NCBI GenBank assembly: GCA_038234545.1
Contig: JBBQTM010000001.1
Span: 1 to 58,036 of the forward strand
Direction of reading: 5' to 3'
From: Sphingomonadales bacterium
GTDB lineage: Bacteria; Pseudomonadota; Alphaproteobacteria; Sphingomonadales; Sphingomonadaceae
DNA: 58,036 bases
Part shown: one piece after another, positions 51,771 to 58,036 of the stretch
How the letters are laid out: every line of letters begins with the position of its first letter
How positions within the stretch are numbered: the stretch's first letter is position 1
Notes under the pieces: generated by a model
What the model saw: only the letters and a program-made list of their open reading frames with translations
Databases searched by the model: none
What the model was told of the DNA's origin: nothing
Translations under genes and position numbers: made by a program

Positions 51771-52777
51771 TGCCGCCGCCCGCCGATCATCCAGCGATAC
51801 GTCCCCCGCGCGTCGGTGTGCTGCTGACCAATCTCGGCACGCCCGATGCGCCCGACGCGGCGTCGGTCAAGCGTTACCTGGCGGAGTTCCTGAGTGATCG
51901 CAGGGTGGTCGAGATCCCGCCGATCGTGTGGCAGCCGATCCTGCGCGGCTTCATCCTCAATACGCGACCGAAAAAGAGCGCTCACGCTTATTCGCAAGTC
52001 TGGACCGACGAGGGCTCGCCGCTCGCGGCGATCACCGCGCGGCAAGCGCGAGCGCTCCAGGCGCGACTGGGCGATACGGTGCGGGTGGTCCACGCCATGC
52101 GCTATGGCAAGCCGGCGATTGCGGCGACGCTGGCCGACATGAAGGCCGAGGGCTGCGAGCGCATCCTGGTCGCGCCGCTCTATCCGCAATATTGCGCCGC
52201 CACGACCGCCACCGCCAACGATGCCGCCTTCGCCGCACTGGCCACGATGCGGTGGCAACCGGCGCTGCGCACCCTGCCCCCTTATTATGACGACCCGCTC
52301 TATATCGGCGCGTTGAAGGCGGATCTGGAGCGGCAGATTGAGGCGCTCGACTTCGTGCCCGAGCGGCTGCTGCTGAGCTTCCACGGAATGCCGCTGCGGA
52401 CGCTAGAACTGGGCGATCCCTATCATTGCCACTGCCAGAAGACCGCCCGGCTGCTGGGCGAGGCGATGGACCGGCCGGTCGATATCTCGTTCCAGTCGCG
52501 CTTCGGCCGCGCCAAATGGCTCGAGCCGGCGACCGACGACACGCTCAAGATCTATCCGGGCGAAGGCGTGACCAAAGTGGCGATCGCAGCGCCGGGATTT
52601 TCCGCCGACTGCCTGGAGACGATCGAAGAACTCGGACTGCGCGGCAAGGAAGATTTCCTGGCGTCGGGGGGAACGCATTTCGCGCGGCTCGATTGCCTCA
52701 ATGACGGACAGGCTGGCATGGAAATGCTGCAAGCGCTGATCACGCGCGAACTTGCCGGATGGTGGAGCGAAGTCTAA
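51770..52777 (+). CDS. hemH: Ferrochelatase
   Basis: NLGTP, YLAEFLSD.RV, AMRYG, PLYPQY, SFHG, FQSRFG..WLEP, DCLETIEE. Confidence 0.96.
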   Translation: MPPPADHPAIRPPRVGVLLTNLGTPDAPDAASVKRYLAEFLSDRRVVEIPPIVWQPILRGFILNTRPKKSAHAYSQVWTDEGSPLAAITARQARALQARLGDTVRVVHAMRYGKPAIAATLADMKAEGCERILVAPLYPQYCAATTATANDAAFAALATMRWQPALRTLPPYYDDPLYIGALKADLERQIEALDFVPERLLLSFHGMPLRTLELGDPYHCHCQKTARLLGEAMDRPVDISFQSRFGRAKWLEPATDDTLKIYPGEGVTKVAIAAPGFSADCLETIEELGLRGKEDFLASGGTHFARLDCLNDGQAGMEMLQALITRELAGWWSEV

Positions 52778-52806
52778 CCGTCCAAAGAAAACGGATGGAG
52801 AGAAAA

Positions 52807-53529
52807 ATGGCTCGAGTGGCAGTGGTGACCGGCGGCACGCGCGGGATTGGCGAGGCGATCAGCATTGCCTTGAAGGAAATGGGCATGGACGTCGCGGCGA
52901 CTTATGCCGGCAATGAGGAACGGGCCAAGGAATTCTCCGACCGTACCGGGATCAAGTCCTACAAGTTCGATGTCGCCGATCACCAGGCGTGCCTCGACGG
53001 CGTGGCTGCGATCGAAGGCGACCTCGGCCCGGTCGACGTGCTGGTCAACAATGCCGGAATCACCCGCGACACGACCATGAAGCGGATGGACCATGCCAAG
53101 TGGCAGGACGTCATCGACACCAACCTCGGCGGTTGTTTCAACATGGCGAAAGCGGTGTTCGAGGGGATGCAGACGCGCGGCTACGGGCGAATCGTCAACA
53201 TCGGCTCGATCAACGGCCAGGCCGGGCAATATGGCCAGGTCAATTATGCCGCCGCCAAGTCGGGCATCCACGGCTTCACCAAGGCGCTGGCGCAGGAAGG
53301 CGCGCGCGACGGCGTGACCGTCAACGCGATCGCCCCGGGATATATCGACACTGACATGGTCGCCGCGGTGCCGGCCGACGTGCTCGGCAAGATCGTCGCC
53401 AAGATCCCCGTCAACCGGCTCGGCAAGGCCAGCGAGATCGCGCGCGGCGTGGCTTTCCTGGTGGGCGAAGATGCCGGCTTCGTGACCGGATCGACGCTGT
53501 CGATCAACGGCGGGCAGCATATGTATTGA
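52807..53529 (+). CDS. phbB: Acetoacetyl-CoA reductase
   Basis: TGGTRGIG, NNAGITRD, SINGQAGQYGQVNYAAAKSG, APGYIDT, SINGGQHMY. Confidence 0.93.
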   Translation: MARVAVVTGGTRGIGEAISIALKEMGMDVAATYAGNEERAKEFSDRTGIKSYKFDVADHQACLDGVAAIEGDLGPVDVLVNNAGITRDTTMKRMDHAKWQDVIDTNLGGCFNMAKAVFEGMQTRGYGRIVNIGSINGQAGQYGQVNYAAAKSGIHGFTKALAQEGARDGVTVNAIAPGYIDTDMVAAVPADVLGKIVAKIPVNRLGKASEIARGVAFLVGEDAGFVTGSTLSINGGQHMY

Positions 53530-53610
53530 AGACGTTTTTGTTTTGGTTTCCTCGCATAAGCTCGGGCGGGCAGTCGGCCTTGCGGAGTTCGTCCGGCTCA
53601 TGCTGAAGGC

Positions 53611-53850
53611 ATGATTTTCGGCGTTCCCACCAAGAGGTCGGTGACGATCGCCGGGCATGAGACGTCGATCAGTCTCGAGCCTGCTTTCTGGGCGGCGCTG
53701 GAGACGGCGGCGGTCGAGCGCGGCCTACCGCTCAACGCGCTGATCGCGGCCATCGATGTCGAGCGGATGGAGGGCGCGCCGCCGCCCAATCTGACTTCGG
53801 CGATCCGCCAGTGGCTGTTTGCGCGCGGCGGCGGGGCTCAGTCGACGTAG
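53611..53850 (+). CDS. Ribbon-helix-helix domain protein
   Basis: KRSVTIAGHETSISLE..FW..L...NLTSAIR. Confidence 0.88.
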   Translation: MIFGVPTKRSVTIAGHETSISLEPAFWAALETAAVERGLPLNALIAAIDVERMEGAPPPNLTSAIRQWLFARGGGAQST

Positions 53851-54593
53851 ATCCCGACAACCTTCCAGTCCCCGTTTTCGCGGACCAGGCTGAGGGTCTC
53901 GACGACGTCGGCCCGGTTAGCGAAGCTGGCGCGGAACTTGACCACTTCGACCCCGGCAGGCGGGGCGGGGACGCTGTCCTGGCTTAGCGCGGTCCGGGAA
54001 ATGAGCGCGCCCATCGGCACGCGCACCTTGGTCGCGGCAGCGGCCCACTGCTCGGCGCTGTTCAACTTGCGGAACGATTCCGCGGTGGCCAGCCAACCGT
54101 CGTTCCAGCGGCTTTGGTCGCCAAGCACCAGCCAGTTGCGAGCGGCGCGAACCGCATCCGATTCGACGACGACGGGTGCCGTCGGGGACGAGGAAGCGTT
54201 GGTGGCTGCGGATGGCGCAGGCTGGTCGGCCAACAATGACAAAGCAAATACAGCGGCGACGATCGACATGGTGACTGCTCCTGCAATGATGACACCGGTC
54301 GGGTTGCGAGCGGTGCCTGATGCCTCCTTTTCCTCCAAGGCGAAGGGCGTGGCATCCCCGATTTGCTTGTCCGCTTGATTTTGGGGGACGCCGCCTTCGC
54401 TCTCGAACAATTGCCGGGCGGCCTCGCGGCTGCTGGAAACCTCGAGCTTGCGGCGCGCGTCGCGAAGGCGTTCGTTGATCGTATGCACCGACAGACCAAG
54501 GTGCCGCGCCAGGGATTTTGCATCGTGACCGCGCACGATCAGGCGCAGCGTCTGCTTCTCCTTTTCGGTAAGTGACTGAGTATTTGCCGACAT
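53838..54593 (-). CDS. LuxR-type HTH regulator with TM helix and C-terminal DUF4019-like domain
   Basis: LTEKEKQTLRL..GH.AK..A..LGLSVHTINERLRDARRKL; hydrophobic segment; AARNWL...F.ASF..ETL...W.VVG. Confidence 0.8.
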   Translation of the reverse strand: MSANTQSLTEKEKQTLRLIVRGHDAKSLARHLGLSVHTINERLRDARRKLEVSSSREAARQLFESEGGVPQNQADKQIGDATPFALEEKEASGTARNPTGVIIAGAVTMSIVAAVFALSLLADQPAPSAATNASSSPTAPVVVESDAVRAARNWLVLGDQSRWNDGWLATAESFRKLNSAEQWAAAATKVRVPMGALISRTALSQDSVPAPPAGVEVVKFRASFANRADVVETLSLVRENGDWKVVGIYVD

Positions 54594-54673
54594 TGGTCGT
54601 ATGCGCCCTGCTTTTGCGTGAACGAAGCCTAAGTGGCGGCACGCTTCGTCGCCACCCCCAAAAAATCGTACTT

Positions 54674-55552
54674 CTAATTGCGTGCGCTCGCGGCTGCTGC
54701 TGCTGCTGCGGTGCGAACGGCTGAGGCGAAGGCAACGCCTTTATCGGGGGCGTCATGGAGGAACAGGGCCGGCTCGATCAGCTCGAGTTCCATGACCTTG
54801 AGCGCACCGGCGGCATTGGCGATCATGTCGACGCGGGCGTAGAGCGCGGAGGCGGGCGCTGCGGCGAGTGCCTTTTGGGCCAGCGCGACCGCACCGTGCG
54901 GCGGCACTGCGATCTTGTCGGTTCCGCCCAAGTGCGGCTGGACCCGGAATTCGTCCGTGGCCGGAGTCTTGAGGACGGCATGGCTGAACTTGCCGCCGAA
55001 CAGGATGATCGACCATTCGCCCATAGCGATGGTCGGCTGGAAGGTCTGGACCATCATCCGCCGGCCCGCGACATCGGCCGGGATCCGATCCTCGAGCCCG
55101 ATCCGGTACGTGCCATGTGCGCCGCCCGAAATCGGTGGTTTGATGACCAGGTCGATCGCGCCCAGCTTGGCCGCAGCACTGCGCAACGAACCTGCGTCGA
55201 GCGTGTTGACCTCGACCGTCGCGACTGTCGGGATGCCTTTTGCGCCAAGCTCCCTCAGATAGGCCTTGTCGCCATTCCAGCGCAGCAAATCGGGGGGATT
55301 GAGCAAGGGCCAGCGTTCGACCTCGGCACGCTGGAGCATAGCCAGCCAACGCGGATAATCGAGATTATAACCCCACGCGACCAGCGGCAGGATCAAGTCG
55401 AACCCCGACACGTCGGCGACCTGGGTCCACGGTAGCGGCACCACTTCCATCCCCACCCGGGCAAGGATCGCCGCCTCGACATCATAGGTCCAGGCATAAT
55501 CCTCGGGATAGGCCGGATCGGGAACCAGCAGCGCCACCCGCATGCGGTTCAT
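54674..55552 (-). CDS. ATP-grasp ligase (RimK/glutathione synthetase-like)
   Basis: WNGDKAYL, VIKPPISGG, GEWS, FRVQ..GG, YARVD, MELELIEP. Confidence 0.85.
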   Translation of the reverse strand: MNRMRVALLVPDPAYPEDYAWTYDVEAAILARVGMEVVPLPWTQVADVSGFDLILPLVAWGYNLDYPRWLAMLQRAEVERWPLLNPPDLLRWNGDKAYLRELGAKGIPTVATVEVNTLDAGSLRSAAAKLGAIDLVIKPPISGGAHGTYRIGLEDRIPADVAGRRMMVQTFQPTIAMGEWSIILFGGKFSHAVLKTPATDEFRVQPHLGGTDKIAVPPHGAVALAQKALAAAPASALYARVDMIANAAGALKVMELELIEPALFLHDAPDKGVAFASAVRTAAAAAAASARN

Positions 55553-58035
55553 CGCGCGAGCAGGATTCTCGCCTGGCTCGCGATCTGGGCGAGCATCGAC
55601 GCGGTCACCGCGCCCGACGTTCGGCCCTGGGCGATGAGCTTGCGGAATTGCTCGATGCGCGGTGCCTGGCGTTCGATCCAGCGGTCGACAGTCGCCGCTG
55701 GATCGCCGTCGCGCCCGCGCGCAAGAAACTCCAGCCGCAATTGCTCGAAATCGCGCTCGAGGCCGGCGACCAATAGCCGTTCCCATTGATCCGCGGGTTG
55801 AAACCGAGCGACTTCCTGCTGCGCCCAGTCGAGACCGAGCGCTTCGCCCAGCTGCGTATAAGCCTCGGTCAATTGCTGCGCATCGAGCTGGCGCTTGGCG
55901 GCGAGCGCCGAAATGCCGAACACGCCGTCGAGTTCGAAAATCCGCACCAGCCCGTCGACGATCGCCGCGTCGGCGCCAAGCCCGAGCAGATGCTCGCGCC
56001 GCGCCAGCGCTTCATTGCGAACTTCGGAGCGGATCAGCTTGGTCGCGGCGGCGGAGATCGCGCGCATCGCGGGCTTGAGCAACTCGACCAGGTCGGCGAC
56101 GCTGTCCTCGGCGCCGGTCGAGCGCAAGATGTCGGAGACATGGCTGCGGACCGAGCGCGCGGCGACCTGGAACAGCTCGATCCGAACGGCTTCGGGCACC
56201 GGGGCGTCCTCGATCCGCTCCCACAATTTTGGCAGCTCGAGCAGATGCTCGGCGGCGAGGAACGCGACCGCGACCTGGCCGAGCGAGGTGCCTTCCTCCT
56301 CGGTCAGGCTGAGTGGGATGCTCGGGCCGAGGCGATTGACGATCCGGTTGGCGACCTTGGTAGCAAGGATTTCGTGCCGCAGCCGGTGAGTGCGGATCGC
56401 CTCGGCATGGGCTTTGACCATCGGCGCGGGGAAGGCAGTGAACAATTGCTTGCCGAGCAGGGGGTCGTCGGCCAGCTTGAGCTTCTCGATCGCGGCCTGA
56501 AGCGCCAGCTTGGCCATCGACAGGACGACCGCCAGTTCGGGGCGGGTCAGCCCGCGCTGGTCGAGCGAGCGGCGCAGCAGGACATCGCTCGAGCCGAGTC
56601 CCTCGACCCTGCGATCGAGCCGGCCACTGGCTTCGAGCAGTTCGATCGCGCGGACATGCTCGGGCAGTGCCCTGGCCCCGCCCGATTCGGCGATCGACAG
56701 CGCCAGGCTCTGAAGGCGATTATCTTCCAGCACCAGTTCCGACACTTCGTCGGTCATGCTGACCAGCAACGCATTGCGCTTCGCCTCGGTCAGCCGCCCC
56801 TCGTCCATTTCGCGGTTGAGCGGAATCTTGATGTTGACCTCATTATCCGAGCAATCGACGCCGGCGCTGTTGTCGATGAAATCGGTGTTGATGCGCCCGC
56901 CGAGGGTCGCGAACTCTATTCGCGCGGCCTGGGTGATGGCGAGGTTGGCGCCTTCGCCGATCGCCTTGGCCCTTATCTCGCTGGCGTCGATGCGAAGCAC
57001 GTCGTTGGCCGGATCGCCGACGTCGCCATGCGGCTGCGTCGAGGCTTTGACGTAAGTCCCGATACCGCCGAACCAGATCAGGTCGACCGGGCTCTTGAGG
57101 ATTGCGGTGATCAGCCCGTTGGGGTCGATCTCGTTCGCGCTGATGCCGAGTGCGGCCTGCGCTTGTTTGGTCAGCTTGATCGACTTTTGCGAGCGCGGGA
57201 CGATCATTCCGCCCTTGGACATCGTCTTGCGATCATAATCGTCCCAGCTCGACCGCGGCAGCGCGAACATCCGGTTGCGCTCCTTCCAGCTTTTCGCCGG
57301 GTCGGGATTGGGGTCGATGAAGATGTGGCGATGGTCGAACGCCGCGACCAGCTTGAGCGCCTTGGACAGCAGCATGCCGTTGCCGAATACGTCGCCAGAC
57401 ATGTCGCCGCAACCGACCACCTGGATCGGGTCCGACTGTACGTCGATGCCGACTTCCAGGAAATGGCGCTGGACCGAAATCCACGCGCCCTTGGCGGTAA
57501 TCCCCATCGCCTTGTGATCGTAACCGTTGGAGCCGCCGCTGGCGAACGCATCGCCAAGCCAGAACTGGCGTTCGAGCGCGATTCCGTTGGCCACGTCGGA
57601 GAAGGTCGCGGTGCCCTTGTCGGCGGCGACCACGAAATACGGATCGTCGCCATCGTGGCGGACGACCTTGGCGGGATGGGTGATCTTGTCGTCGACGATA
57701 TTGTCGGTGACCGAGAGCAGAGATCGAATGAAGATCTTGTAGCTTGCCGTGCCTTCGGCAAGCCACGCGTCGCGATCGATCGCTGCGCTGGGCAAGTGCT
57801 TGGGATAGAAACCGCCCTTGGCGCCGGTCGGTACGATCACCGCATTCTTGACCAGCTGGGACTTCATCAGGCCGAGGATTTCGGTGCGGAAATCATCGCG
57901 CCGGTCGGACCAGCGAAGCCCGCCGCGGGCGATCGGCCCGCCGCGAAGGTGAATGCCCTCGACACGCGGCGAATAGACCCAGATTTCGCGATATGGGACC
58001 GGCGCGGGAAGGCCGGGCATCTGTTTGGAATCGAT
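55549..58035 (-). CDS. gdhB: Large NAD-specific glutamate dehydrogenase (5' part lies outside the window)
   Basis: EGIHLRGG.IARGGLRWSDR, KNAVIVPTGAKGGF, VAADKGTATFSD, GDAFASGGS, GDMSGDVFGNG, DNSAGVDCSD.EVNIKI. Confidence 0.95.
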   Translation of the reverse strand: MDSKQMPGLPAPVPYREIWVYSPRVEGIHLRGGPIARGGLRWSDRRDDFRTEILGLMKSQLVKNAVIVPTGAKGGFYPKHLPSAAIDRDAWLAEGTASYKIFIRSLLSVTDNIVDDKITHPAKVVRHDGDDPYFVVAADKGTATFSDVANGIALERQFWLGDAFASGGSNGYDHKAMGITAKGAWISVQRHFLEVGIDVQSDPIQVVGCGDMSGDVFGNGMLLSKALKLVAAFDHRHIFIDPNPDPAKSWKERNRMFALPRSSWDDYDRKTMSKGGMIVPRSQKSIKLTKQAQAALGISANEIDPNGLITAILKSPVDLIWFGGIGTYVKASTQPHGDVGDPANDVLRIDASEIRAKAIGEGANLAITQAARIEFATLGGRINTDFIDNSAGVDCSDNEVNIKIPLNREMDEGRLTEAKRNALLVSMTDEVSELVLEDNRLQSLALSIAESGGARALPEHVRAIELLEASGRLDRRVEGLGSSDVLLRRSLDQRGLTRPELAVVLSMAKLALQAAIEKLKLADDPLLGKQLFTAFPAPMVKAHAEAIRTHRLRHEILATKVANRIVNRLGPSIPLSLTEEEGTSLGQVAVAFLAAEHLLELPKLWERIEDAPVPEAVRIELFQVAARSVRSHVSDILRSTGAEDSVADLVELLKPAMRAISAAATKLIRSEVRNEALARREHLLGLGADAAIVDGLVRIFELDGVFGISALAAKRQLDAQQLTEAYTQLGEALGLDWAQQEVARFQPADQWERLLVAGLERDFEQLRLEFLARGRDGDPAATVDRWIERQAPRIEQFRKLIAQGRTSGAVTASMLAQIASQARILLAR

Positions 58036-58036
58036 C

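Noticed and set aside
53554-53603. Long imperfect G-U-rich hairpin between phbB and the RHH gene
   Set aside because: Several mismatches and wobble pairs in GC-rich DNA; not distinguishable from chance without comparative data

Overview
High-GC alphaproteobacterial chromosome segment; gene content and order suggest a sphingomonad (inference). The backbone is housekeeping: purD, xseA, clpB, ptrB, an aminopeptidase P, pepN, an Mla/MCE ABC transporter, lgt, pgeF, hemH, phbB, a partial large NAD-glutamate dehydrogenase, tRNA-Pro(CGG) and tRNA-Thr(GGT). Main points of interest: (1) a locus at the left end where an outer-membrane beta-barrel with a double poly-proline tail sits beside two Asp/Asn/Pro-hydroxylase-type 2OG oxygenases and two sulfotransferases (one TPR-fused), a candidate hydroxylate-then-sulfate surface-modification system, echoed by a TonB-dependent receptor paired with a TPR-2OG oxygenase; (2) a DUF559 nuclease gene enclosed by two inverted pairs of REP-like palindromes, a REPIN/RAYT-like layout with no transposase; (3) further palindrome families, including one inserted in frame in a nucleotidyltransferase and one with an identical 15-nt core directly after both tRNAs; (4) three small ORFs missing from the ORF track, two in-frame TAA stops in otherwise intact genes, a low-GC DUF4238 defence candidate and a probably degenerate Tat-exported IorB-like protein. 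All family assignments come from motif recognition by eye, not database searches. Many start codons were re-picked from Shine-Dalgarno position and stop/start overlaps.
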